Assembly (NCBI GenBank): GCA_036012755.1
Contig: DASCPX010000138.1
Span: forward strand, 1-53,727
Source of the DNA: Myxococcota bacterium
Lineage (GTDB): Bacteria; Myxococcota_A; UBA796; CAJQPC01
Length of the DNA stretch: 53,727 nt
Direction: 5' to 3'
The notes under the pieces are model-generated. The model ran no database searches. It was not told the origin of the DNA and saw nothing but the letters and a program-made list of their open reading frames with translations. Position 1 is the stretch's first letter, and every line of letters begins with the position of its first letter. This document shows positions 1-7,964 of the stretch, piece after piece. A program made the position numbers and the translations under genes.

Positions 1-4
1 AGGG

Positions 5-17
5 TATCAACAACTTG
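5..17 (+). promoter_or_regulatory. Candidate IHF binding site
   Basis: TATCAACAACTTG is a perfect match to WATCAANNNNTTR in an otherwise very GC-rich sequence. Confidence 0.4.
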
Positions 18-259
18 TGAGTCTCCCCCCAGACCCCCCTCGTATCCCTCCCCGGATCCTCTGGTGGAGGGGCGTAGCCTCACCGTGATGACGACGATGA
101 GCTAACCATCAACCTGTCCACTGAAGCGGGGCAACCTCATGGATCCCGGTCGGCCTCTCTGATGGCCCGCAGGATTGGGTGTCTCCGCCGCGACGGTGGT
201 GGTTGAATGGGCCCGAGGCCCGCTCGTCCACGGTGCCGTCGCGGCGGGAGCTACCGAAG

Positions 260-1975
260 ATGAAGATCGGCGCTGGACAGATCCGAGTGGTCCATCGAGA
301 CCTCGTCGAGCACGAGGCCCAGCGGCTTGCCGGCAAGTGCCTGCTGTACGCCTGCATGGCCGGCCTGTGCACCGAAGCCTGGGCTCGGAACTTGGCCGTG
401 TCGACTACTTGGGAGCGGGGCGTATCGACAGGCAGCCGGGACGACGTCGAGCTCTGCCTCGGGTCGGTCCTGGCCCAGGTGGGGCGTCGTGGTCCATTGC
501 ACTGGCGGGCTCCTGCGTGGCGAGGGGACGTCGGTGTCGGTGATCGCTACGCCCACGACTGGAGAGGACTCTTGGCGATCGAGGTCGCCGCGAGTGTCGC
601 TCAGGCCATTGCAGCCGCCGGCTTCGCTCGTCTCCCTGAGCCACGCTGGTCCATCGGCCCGGTCTGGAGAGAACTGTTCCGCTTGCTCCGACGCGGGTTC
701 GTCGACAACGGCGCCTACCTCCTCGACGTCGCCCCTCGGCCTCCCTGGATCTCGTCCGAGTTCTCGACCGTCTCCAGGCTCTTCGATGTCGAGGCCGCTG
801 CGGAGCGACTGCGCCAGCTCGTCGTCGCGACCGGACGCTCGCCGGGCTCGGGGCGGGCGCTCTGGCAGGGCCCCTACTTTGTCCCGTCGGATCACTTGAC
901 CCTCGCCGAGCTCGACATCCGGGCCCGCTTGGACCAAGCCATGGCCTCCACTCCTGGCGACGTCGTCCAGGCCCAGGGCCTCCTGCGCTGGATCCACACG
1001 ACCCTCGGCGCGCCCGAGCCCGTGTTCGTCACACCGCTGCTCTTGGAGGCCCTCGATCTCCAGCTGCGCGGGGACCTTCTTCCGCATCGCATCCTGCGGG
1101 CTTGGGCGCGGCTTCGACTTCAGGCCGAGTGGGGCTGGCGGCCAGATCAGGAAAACCGTCTCGGCGAGGACCGTGCTGGTGCCATGGCCGCCGAGCTGGA
1201 GGAGGAGTTCGTCCAGCTCCTCCCTTCCGGTGAGGACGTCGCAGCCGCGGAGCGGACCCTGCGCAGGGTCGAGCTCGCAGCAGCCGCTCCCAGCCGTATA
1301 GTCCCGAGGCCCTGGCCAGAGAGCGAGCGCCTGGACCGGGGGGATCGGCAGGGTGTGGCGGACCGGATGATCAGGGAGCTCGTGGAGCTCGCCCGGCAGC
1401 TCGCGTTGGTTCCGCCCGGTTGGGAGCCTGTGCCAGGGTCGTTCGACCTGGACGACGACGACCACGATGGCGTCTGGCACCAGCGAGTCCCCGTAGAAGA
1501 CGTCGGACCCGTCACGTTCTCGGAGGAGGACTGGGAGGGCGAGCTCGCGTTGAGGGCTGTTGGAGCCATGGCTGCCGCGGCGGGGGGGTCCTGGGCCGTC
1601 GCCGAGGACTTCGGAACCATCCCGTCCGAGTTCACCGCGCTGACGGTCCTCCGGCGCCACTACGTCTCTACAGGCGCGTATCTCCGCGATGTGCCGTTAC
1701 CTCGAATCCGGGACCCTCTCGTGGTCGCCACCAAGGACCTCGCGAACGCGCTGAGTCGAGCCGTGTTCATGGGAAGAGCGCCGAAGCACATCGAGGGTCT
1801 GCGCGCCTGGGAGGTCGCGGCGGTGAAGGCCTACCTTGCGGAGGTCCTGCCCGACGGGATTCCGAGTGCGCCGGTCACGCTCCAGGAGCTCGCTCTGGCG
1901 ATCGACCTCCCGGGCATCAACAGCTGGAGCCTGCTCGCCGAGAACGCGGCGAGCGCCCATGGACCGCGAATCTGA
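260..1975 (+). CDS. Hypothetical protein (~571 aa) with an internally duplicated ~55-aa motif
   Basis: Long ORF, open from 179; ATG at 260 preceded by GGAG; motif DW.G.LA...LRR.(F/Y)V..GAYL.DV occurs twice. Confidence 0.7.
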   Translation: MKIGAGQIRVVHRDLVEHEAQRLAGKCLLYACMAGLCTEAWARNLAVSTTWERGVSTGSRDDVELCLGSVLAQVGRRGPLHWRAPAWRGDVGVGDRYAHDWRGLLAIEVAASVAQAIAAAGFARLPEPRWSIGPVWRELFRLLRRGFVDNGAYLLDVAPRPPWISSEFSTVSRLFDVEAAAERLRQLVVATGRSPGSGRALWQGPYFVPSDHLTLAELDIRARLDQAMASTPGDVVQAQGLLRWIHTTLGAPEPVFVTPLLLEALDLQLRGDLLPHRILRAWARLRLQAEWGWRPDQENRLGEDRAGAMAAELEEEFVQLLPSGEDVAAAERTLRRVELAAAAPSRIVPRPWPESERLDRGDRQGVADRMIRELVELARQLALVPPGWEPVPGSFDLDDDDHDGVWHQRVPVEDVGPVTFSEEDWEGELALRAVGAMAAAAGGSWAVAEDFGTIPSEFTALTVLRRHYVSTGAYLRDVPLPRIRDPLVVATKDLANALSRAVFMGRAPKHIEGLRAWEVAAVKAYLAEVLPDGIPSAPVTLQELALAIDLPGINSWSLLAENAASAHGPRI

Positions 1976-2012
1976 GCCCTCGCCGATTCTGCCGAAGCAC
2001 CAGGGTCTCGCG

Positions 2013-2270
2013 ATGTGCGGTCGGCTGGTGAAACGACGCCTCTGCATCGGTGCCCTTGCCGTCGTCACCATCGCGGCGAGTGCCTGGGGCCTCGCGTCAC
2101 ACAGCACGGCCGCGGGGAACTGTCACGAGTCCTACCCGACGGTCTGCATCCCGCCTCCGCCGCCCGACCTCGACTGCGGGGAGATCAGCTACCGACGCTT
2201 CGAGGTCAAGCAGCCAGACCCCCACGGATTCGACGGGGACAAGGACGGCATCGGCTGCGAGAAGGACTGA
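2013..2270 (+). CDS. Small secreted excalibur-like calcium-binding domain protein
   Basis: Signal peptide followed by CHESYPTVCIPPPPPDLDC...DPHGFDGDKDGIGCE (DxDxDG loop); start is ATG 2013 or GTG 2028. Confidence 0.75.
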   Translation: MCGRLVKRRLCIGALAVVTIAASAWGLASHSTAAGNCHESYPTVCIPPPPPDLDCGEISYRRFEVKQPDPHGFDGDKDGIGCEKD

Positions 2271-2324
2271 TCTGATGTATCTGCGACACTGCACCGAGAA
2301 GCCGTCCAGCGGAGCGCTCACCAC

Positions 2325-2702
2325 ATGACAATCTGGTGCACGTTTCTTGGCCTCCTCACCCTCCTTCCTACAGCCGCTGGTAGCGATGCGCTTCTGGTCT
2401 ATAGCGACGAGTCGCCGCGAGTGTTCTTGGGCTGTCTGAACTGCAGCAAGTACGACAGCAGCAGCGTTTGGAATCAGTACGGGGACTACGGGAGTGCTTA
2501 CAGCGTGACGAGCATGCACAACCGGTTCGGGCTCTACGGCGGGAAGTACTCAGCGCTGAGTCCATGCAATGCGTACACGTCGACGCCGCCGCTGGTTGTG
2601 GATCGGGACGGCAATTACTACGGCCGTCTGACTGCGAACCGGTACCGGACAGACCGCTTCGGCTCGTCCGTGAAGGTGCTGGCCGCGATCTGCGAGGAGT
2701 GA
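2325..2702 (+). CDS. Secreted conserved hypothetical protein (Gly/Tyr/Ser-rich repeats)
   Basis: Hydrophobic N-terminus; LGCLNCSKYD..SVWNQYGDYGS.YS..S..N.FG.YG repeated pattern. Confidence 0.75.
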   Translation: MTIWCTFLGLLTLLPTAAGSDALLVYSDESPRVFLGCLNCSKYDSSSVWNQYGDYGSAYSVTSMHNRFGLYGGKYSALSPCNAYTSTPPLVVDRDGNYYGRLTANRYRTDRFGSSVKVLAAICEE

Positions 2703-3082
2703 CCGCAGCCCACGTCAGTCGGCACTTTCCTTCGCGGATTCGCGACGCCCCTTCCTTCCGGGTGCTGCGTAGACCTCGGGCGCGACCGTGAACGTAACCC
2801 CTGGCTGGCGAAGCAGTGTGGGCACCGGAAAGACCCATTCCGAGGCGCAGCAAGGTACTCAGGCACTTCGTCAGGACCACCGGCGCAGGTGGTCCACGCG
2901 CCTGGAGGCATCGCGTTCGGTCGGCTCCCAGCCCGCAGGTGACGTAGGCCACAGGAGACCCTGGCCCAAGACGTTGCGATCACGTCCTCGGCCTCTGCCC
3001 CCAACATGACCACACGCGGCTCCCCAGGCCGATCCACGCCGATTTGATCGCAGCCCCGGCTCGCCAAGTACCTGTTTTCTCG

Positions 3083-3110
3083 TTGACGGCGTGAAGACGG
3101 CGTGAAGAAT
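3083..3110 (+). promoter_or_regulatory. Putative sigma70 promoter overlapped by a perfect 11-bp tandem direct repeat (candidate operator)
   Basis: TTGACG (3083-3088), AAGAAT (3105-3110); GACGGCGTGAA at 3085-3095 and 3096-3106. Confidence 0.45.
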
Positions 3111-3169
3111 ACAAGTGCTACTTCGTTACAGGTATCACCGAGTATCTCGGAAACTCCCACGGAGGCACT

Positions 3170-4000
3170 GTGCCCTACGTCTTCAGCTTCGGATCGAACA
3201 CCCACTTCCCGCAGCTTCGAGAGCGTTGTCGATCGGCACGGCTGGCGGGGTCAGCCCTCCTGCCGGATTACCGGCTGGCCTTCGCGGGGTACTCCGGGAC
3301 CTGGAGCGGTCCGGTGGCCACAATCCGCAAGGATGCCACCTGCTCGGTGCCCGGCACCGTCGCCGAGGTGACGGACCGCGATCTCGCCGCCCTGGACAGG
3401 GCCGAGGGGCACCCGTGGTCGTATCGGCGCCGCGTCGTCGAGGTCGACTGCGAGGGGCGCACACTCCGGTGCTGGGCGTACGCTCTCGGCGATCACGTGG
3501 AAGAGGCGGCACCGACCGACGCGTACTTCCGGCGCATCGTGGAGGGCTACGAGGCCAACGGCCTGGACCTTGACGTCCTGCGCGATGCGGTCCGGCGGTC
3601 GGCCGGCGAAGCCAAGGCCCACGTTGTCTTCGTCTACGGGTCGCTGTTGTCCGGCTTCGGCAACCACGGAATCCTGCAGCGAGGCGGAGCGCAGTACCTT
3701 GGCGACGGCCGAACGGCGGAGGCGGCATTCCGGATGGCGTCGCTCGGGGCTTTCCCCGGAGTCCTCCTGGCAGGACGAGAGCAGATCGTCGGCGAGCTGT
3801 ACTCGGTCGATGCCAACGGCCTTCGGGCGCTTGACCGTCTCGAAGGTCATCCGGACTTCTACGCCCGTCAACGGACGGCGATCGAGGCCGAGCGCGGCAG
3901 CATCGATGCCTGGATGTACGTGCTCCAGGACCGGCGCCAACGAGCACCGACGGTCCCCCAGGGTGACTGGCGGGCCTACCGCGCTGCCGGAGGTCGCTGA
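3170..4000 (+). CDS. Tandem gamma-glutamylcyclotransferase (AIG2-like) domain protein
   Basis: Two domains: VFSFGSN...LDRAEG and VFVYGSL...LDRLEG, both keeping the catalytic Glu; GGAGG RBS before the GTG start. Confidence 0.85.
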   Translation: MPYVFSFGSNTHFPQLRERCRSARLAGSALLPDYRLAFAGYSGTWSGPVATIRKDATCSVPGTVAEVTDRDLAALDRAEGHPWSYRRRVVEVDCEGRTLRCWAYALGDHVEEAAPTDAYFRRIVEGYEANGLDLDVLRDAVRRSAGEAKAHVVFVYGSLLSGFGNHGILQRGGAQYLGDGRTAEAAFRMASLGAFPGVLLAGREQIVGELYSVDANGLRALDRLEGHPDFYARQRTAIEAERGSIDAWMYVLQDRRQRAPTVPQGDWRAYRAAGGR

Positions 4001-4365
4001 TGGGACGCCCGAAGACCGAGGGCGTCCGCGTGACGCTACGCCTGGACCAAGCCTCGTACGACTTCCTGCAGTACGAGGCGGAGCGGCACGGCCTCGACTT
4101 GAGCGGGATGCTCCGGTACACGCTCCGGCAGCACTACGGCCTCGACGGCGGGGTGGCCTGCGAGCAGCAGCACCGGGAGCTGGATCGTCTCCAAGACCGA
4201 GTCGACGCCGCCCGCGTCCATGCCCGCACGGGGTTCCGGCTGATGTCGGATGGGGAGCCGCCGGAGGCGTTGCGGGACCGCGAGGAAGCGATCAGCTCGA
4301 TGGGCGCTGGCCTGATGTCCGAGGTCTACCTGTGCTGGTGGTACTTGACCGGGAGGCAGGCGTGA
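4000..4365 (+). CDS. Ribbon-helix-helix (CopG-like) DNA-binding protein
   Basis: MGRPK...VRVTLRLDQASYDFLQYEAERHGLDLSGMLRYTL is a strand-helix-helix pattern; start overlaps the upstream stop. Confidence 0.65.
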   Translation: MGRPKTEGVRVTLRLDQASYDFLQYEAERHGLDLSGMLRYTLRQHYGLDGGVACEQQHRELDRLQDRVDAARVHARTGFRLMSDGEPPEALRDREEAISSMGAGLMSEVYLCWWYLTGRQA

Positions 4366-4442
4366 TGCCGCTCGTCTTTCTCTGCCCCCCTGCGCGCGCA
4401 CGCGGGGCAAACCGTACCCCCGACAGGTGAGGGGTCATCGTC

Positions 4443-5168
4443 ATGGCACTGAGTCAGGAGCAACAGAGGGTACTCAGGGCACTCGGCCCGCTACTCCAGT
4501 TCGACATCAGCAGCGGGACAGCGACCTTCGCCAACGGCTGGCTCCAGGCCGACGCCGGCGGCGGCGTTGAGCCCGAGGAGTGGCCGTGCACCAATGTCGG
4601 CGCGCCCAACGACAACAGCCCGGAGACCGTCGCCTACTGGGAGCGTCTCGAAGCGATCTGGTGGGTCGGGCGACTTGGCTTCAACGCCATGATCGCCTGC
4701 GCTCGGGCGGCGCTGACGTCGCCGGGCGAGCCCTCAGGTCCGGGGCCAGCAGCAGGCCCGACCGAGTGGGTGGGGCCAGACGCTGCAGCGGATCTTCTGG
4801 GGATCCGACGGTCGACGCTCGACCGCGTCGTCCGCGCAGTCGAGCGGTACGGGCCGCCCGACCTCGCGCCTGCAACTCGCGGGACGGGAATGTCCCGAAG
4901 GCACCGCGTCTACCCGAACGACATCGAGACAATCACCGGCTGGTGGAAGGAGGTACAGGCATGGCGAGCATCAACAAACGAGGCAAGGGCTACCAGATCA
5001 AATGGCGGGAGCCCGACAGGCTCGGCGGCTGGCGGCAACGGAGCCGAAGTGCGCCCGACAAGCGCACGGCGGACCAGATCAAGCGCGAGGTCGAACGGGC
5101 CGTTGCCCTCGGACAGCCGTGGCGGCCTGCAACGGTTCGTCAAGGAGCTGGCCTCGAACAAGCGCTGA
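4443..5168 (+). CDS. Excisionase-like HTH protein overlapping the integrase 5' end
   Basis: WVGPDAAADLLGIRRSTLDRVV is an HTH_17/MerR-like motif; immediately upstream of, and overlapping, int. Confidence 0.6.
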   Translation: MALSQEQQRVLRALGPLLQFDISSGTATFANGWLQADAGGGVEPEEWPCTNVGAPNDNSPETVAYWERLEAIWWVGRLGFNAMIACARAALTSPGEPSGPGPAAGPTEWVGPDAAADLLGIRRSTLDRVVRAVERYGPPDLAPATRGTGMSRRHRVYPNDIETITGWWKEVQAWRASTNEARATRSNGGSPTGSAAGGNGAEVRPTSARRTRSSARSNGPLPSDSRGGLQRFVKELASNKR

Positions 5169-6103
5169 AGGGCTACCTCGCGGAGATGGCGGCTGCCAAG
5201 CAGCCGCGAACAGTTGCGCGGCATGCGCAGAACCTCGATGTGTTCCTTCGCTGGCTACGAGGAAACGTCGGGGACATTCCCACGCTGGAGGACCTATCGA
5301 AGCGGCGTCTGATGGCCTACTACGACGCTCTCGCGACTGGCGGTCGGCATGGCCGGAGCCGCAACCTGGACACGCGGCGTCGCATGGTCCAAGACGTCTT
5401 CCAGGCCTGGGAGTGGCTGGACAATCAGGACGAGTACGAGGAGACGGTCCCAAGGCCACGCCGCTTCGACATGCGCCGCCAACCACAGTCCCCAACCCTT
5501 GCCCCCACCTGGGCCGAGATGGCTGCATGCGTAGGCGCCACCCAGGGCTGGCACCGTCGCGTGGGCTTGGTGCTCTACTACACGGGGCTCCGTGTTGGGC
5601 AGGTCATGCAGCTCCGATGGTCGGATTTCGATCTGGACCACGCCAGTGGACCCTTGTTGACCATCCGAGGCGAGTTGGGCAAGACCAAGCACGAGCGCAT
5701 GGGTCGCGTCGTCCCGGTGTCCGCTCACCTCGTCGAGGAGCTTCGGACCTGGGAGAGGATTGAGGACTGGCTGATCGTCAGTCCGCGGAAGCGAGGGGGC
5801 GCTCGGGAACGGATGTTCCGCGCACGGGACATGGGACGGGCTTGGGAACGCGCTGGAGTGCCCCAGGCCTTCTGGAAGCAGCGCCCCGACCACGCCTTCC
5901 GCAAGGGCTTGATCTCCGGGCTGAAGCGCGAGGGCGCGGACGATGAGGCTGTCGAGCAGCTTGTCGGCCACAAGCAAGTAGGGCAACGTGCCACCTACAT
6001 CGATCCGGACGCCCTGCCGATGCGCGAGGCCGTCCGGCTGATCCCGCGGGTCTGGGATGTGCCACTGGCGACGGCGGGTCCGCTCCGGGCGGCCGGGCGG
6101 TAG
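4961..6103 (+). CDS. int: Tyrosine recombinase / phage integrase
   Basis: AAGGAGG RBS, then ATG (MASINKRG); catalytic residues R (TGLRVG), K (GKTK), HxxR (HAFR), H (VGH) and Y (RATY). Confidence 0.9.
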   Translation: MASINKRGKGYQIKWREPDRLGGWRQRSRSAPDKRTADQIKREVERAVALGQPWRPATVRQGAGLEQALKGYLAEMAAAKQPRTVARHAQNLDVFLRWLRGNVGDIPTLEDLSKRRLMAYYDALATGGRHGRSRNLDTRRRMVQDVFQAWEWLDNQDEYEETVPRPRRFDMRRQPQSPTLAPTWAEMAACVGATQGWHRRVGLVLYYTGLRVGQVMQLRWSDFDLDHASGPLLTIRGELGKTKHERMGRVVPVSAHLVEELRTWERIEDWLIVSPRKRGGARERMFRARDMGRAWERAGVPQAFWKQRPDHAFRKGLISGLKREGADDEAVEQLVGHKQVGQRATYIDPDALPMREAVRLIPRVWDVPLATAGPLRAAGR

Positions 6104-6172
6104 CTACGGCAGTTCCAGCTCGATGAGGATGCGGGGTAGCCGCGTAGCGCAGCAGGTCAAGCGTCGCATCGG

Positions 6173-6202
6173 GCTGTTCCCGAGCTGTTCCCGCTGTGGC
6201 CT
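6173..6202 (+). repeat. Direct repeats, candidate integrase arm-type binding sites
   Basis: GCTGTTCCCG at 6173-6182 and 6184-6193, plus degenerate GCTGTGGCCT; located between int and the tRNA. Confidence 0.45.
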
Positions 6203-6224
6203 TGTCACCGGACAGTCCTCTGTC

Positions 6225-6267
6225 GAAAACAAAGGAAGAGCCCGGCTTCCGAAGAGGCCAGGGCCTT
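6225..6267 (-). terminator. Probable intrinsic terminator downstream of the tRNAs
   Basis: Minus strand GCCCTGGCCTC-TTCG-GAAGCCGGGC followed by TCTTCCTTTGTTTT. Confidence 0.55.
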
Positions 6268-6270
6268 CGA

Positions 6271-6346
6271 TGGTACTCCCAAGGGGATTCGAACCCCTGT
6301 CTCCGCCGTGAGAGGGCGGTGTCCTAGGCCTCTAGACGATGGGAGC
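6271..6346 (-). tRNA. tRNA-Glu (anticodon CTC)
   Basis: GCTCCCATCGTCTAGAGGCCTAGGACACCGCCCTCTCACGGCGG...GGTTCGAATCCCCTTGGGAGTACCA; 76 nt with cloverleaf and encoded CCA. Confidence 0.97.
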
Positions 6347-6378
6347 CTGTCTGGAATTTCGGGCAGCTATCCGTGAAG

Positions 6379-6454
6379 TGGTTGGGGCGCCAGGACTCGA
6401 ACCTGGAACCTTCGGGGCCAGAACCCGACGTCTTGCCAATTCGACCACGCCCCA
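6379..6454 (-). tRNA. tRNA-Gln (anticodon CTG)
   Basis: TGGGGCGTGGTCGAATTGGCAAGACGTCGGGTTCTGGCCCCGA...GGTTCGAGTCCTGGCGCCCCAACCA; 76 nt, U1:A72 pair. Confidence 0.97.
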
Positions 6455-6466
6455 ACAAGCGGCCGA

Positions 6467-6495
6467 GACCTATTCCCGGCCTGCAGGGGTGTCAA
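6467..6495 (-). promoter_or_regulatory. Putative sigma70 promoter of the tRNA-Gln/tRNA-Glu pair
   Basis: Perfect TTGACA, 17-bp spacer, imperfect TAGGTC, 12 bp upstream of tRNA-Gln. Confidence 0.55.
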
Positions 6496-6992
6496 GGGAA
6501 CTGATCCACGTGGTAGCCGTAGGGCTCCAGGAGGCGGTTCACCTTGTTGAAGTAGTCCTCTTCGGCCAGCTTGGACTCGACGTTCTTGTCGAAGGCCGCC
6601 TGGTAGGCCTCGGCGTCCGCCTTCGTGTAGGCCCGGTGCATCGAGTGGTAGGCCTCCGCTCGGTCTCCCCAGGCGTCGACGAGCTGCTGGTGCAGGGTCG
6701 CGAGCTCCGGCGTCTCGGGCTGGATCGCCTGGACCTCGTCGTAGAGCTTGTCCGCCAGGGGGAGGACACGCTTCTCCCAGCGCCTGTGGATGTCGTCCGC
6801 CTTGACGTTGCCTCGCTTGACCTCTGCTGCGACCTCGAGGAACTCCTGCGCGAGCGCCATGTTGTCCTCGAGCGGAGTGGCCATCGCCTCCGTGTAGTCT
6901 GCGGCGTCGTCCGCGAGCGGGTCGCCGCCGCACGCGAGCACGAGGCCCACAACGAGGATGAGGAGCGCGTAGACCGGTGAGCGGGCCGCCAT
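6492..6992 (-). CDS. Helical lipoprotein of unknown function
   Basis: Signal peptide with lipobox VLA-C; amphipathic helical body. Confidence 0.75.
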   Translation of the reverse strand: MAARSPVYALLILVVGLVLACGGDPLADDAADYTEAMATPLEDNMALAQEFLEVAAEVKRGNVKADDIHRRWEKRVLPLADKLYDEVQAIQPETPELATLHQQLVDAWGDRAEAYHSMHRAYTKADAEAYQAAFDKNVESKLAEEDYFNKVNRLLEPYGYHVDQFP

Positions 6993-7040
6993 CGGCGTCG
7001 GAGGCTAACAGACCAGTGGGGGACGTGGGAGGATCCCGCT

Positions 7041-7964
7041 GTGAAGAAGCTCGAACAGCTCGTCGCCCGAAGCCGCGCCCTGGCCCGGTCGGCGCGGTCT
7101 GGTGTTCCCGGTGCGGCGAAGTCCATTCGACCCGTGCGGTTGGTGCTGCGGCTGAACGACATCGGTCTGGCTCCCGGACTGGTGCGCGCTACTGGCGAGC
7201 GGATGAACACCGCGCAGTGGCAGGACGCCATCGTGCGCTTCGAGCAGTGGCTCGGCCCCACCCGCCTGACCATCGCGGGGGGCGAGCCGGCGCGGAGCGA
7301 GCACCTGGACCTGCTCGTCCGCTTCGGCAATCGGCTGGAGTGCCCGGTTCACCTCGTCACGGCAGGCCCTGTCGATCGAGCGCGCGCCGGTCTGCTCATC
7401 GACCGCGGACTCGCGGCGGTCACGGTCCTCGTGGGCGGCATCGACGAGGGCACCCACGCGGCGACCGTCGGCAGCCCCCTGGCCGAAGCCACCGGAGCGG
7501 TCGAAGCCTTTCGCGCTGCGCGGGCATCCCGGACACGCGAGCTGGGGATCTACGTCGGCGTGCCGCTGTCAGAGGCGAACATCCCGAGCGTCGCCGCGAT
7601 CGCTGCCTGGGCTCGACAGGCGGGCGCGGACGGCGTGCTCGCGACGGTCCCGCTGGGTGTAGATGCTCCCGCCGGTGCGGTCGCCGCGGTCACGGCCCTG
7701 GGGCGGGACAACCTCACGCCCGGGCACCTGCAGACCTGGCTCGCCGGCCGCCGGACCCGCGCCCACGGTGGTCTGCGCTGCGAGATCCTCAGCGACGGGA
7801 CCCTCGCGGTCAGCTCGCACGTGGCGCCCATCGGGAACGTCCGCGCGAGCGACCCCAGGACCGTCTGGGAGGCAGCCGACGAGCAGATCGCCGCCACCCG
7901 CGCCCACCCTCGACCCTGGGACGAGGTAGAGCTCGTCCCAGAGAGCCTCTACTCGACCCGATGA
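7041..7964 (+). CDS. Radical SAM/SPASM-like protein lacking the CxxxCxxC motif
   Basis: IAGGEP, LVTAG, VLVGGIDEGTH and C-terminal ILSDGTL..SSHVAPIGNV...VW match the rSAM-SPASM layout, but the protein has only 2 Cys; GGAGG RBS. Confidence 0.7.
   Translation: MKKLEQLVARSRALARSARSGVPGAAKSIRPVRLVLRLNDIGLAPGLVRATGERMNTAQWQDAIVRFEQWLGPTRLTIAGGEPARSEHLDLLVRFGNRLECPVHLVTAGPVDRARAGLLIDRGLAAVTVLVGGIDEGTHAATVGSPLAEATGAVEAFRAARASRTRELGIYVGVPLSEANIPSVAAIAAWARQAGADGVLATVPLGVDAPAGAVAAVTALGRDNLTPGHLQTWLAGRRTRAHGGLRCEILSDGTLAVSSHVAPIGNVRASDPRTVWEAADEQIAATRAHPRPWDEVELVPESLYSTR

Larger units (their letters stand above)
1..6270. mobile_element. Right-hand part of an integrative element (genomic island, prophage or ICE) inserted at the 3' end of tRNA-Glu(CTC); left boundary lies outside the window
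   Basis: Tyrosine integrase ends 167 bp from the tRNA 3' end and is preceded by an excisionase-like HTH and non-housekeeping cargo; no second copy of the tRNA 3' end seen in the window. Confidence 0.8.

Noticed and set aside
2703..3080. ORFs 2368-2952(-), 2618-3205(-) and 2788-3009(+), including a CPHC motif
   Set aside because: No recognisable family or clear RBS; the two minus-strand ORFs overlap better-supported genes; left uncalled
4580..4960. 507-aa integrase start
   Set aside because: A strong AAGGAGG RBS and a typical MASI.KR N-terminus place the start at 4961
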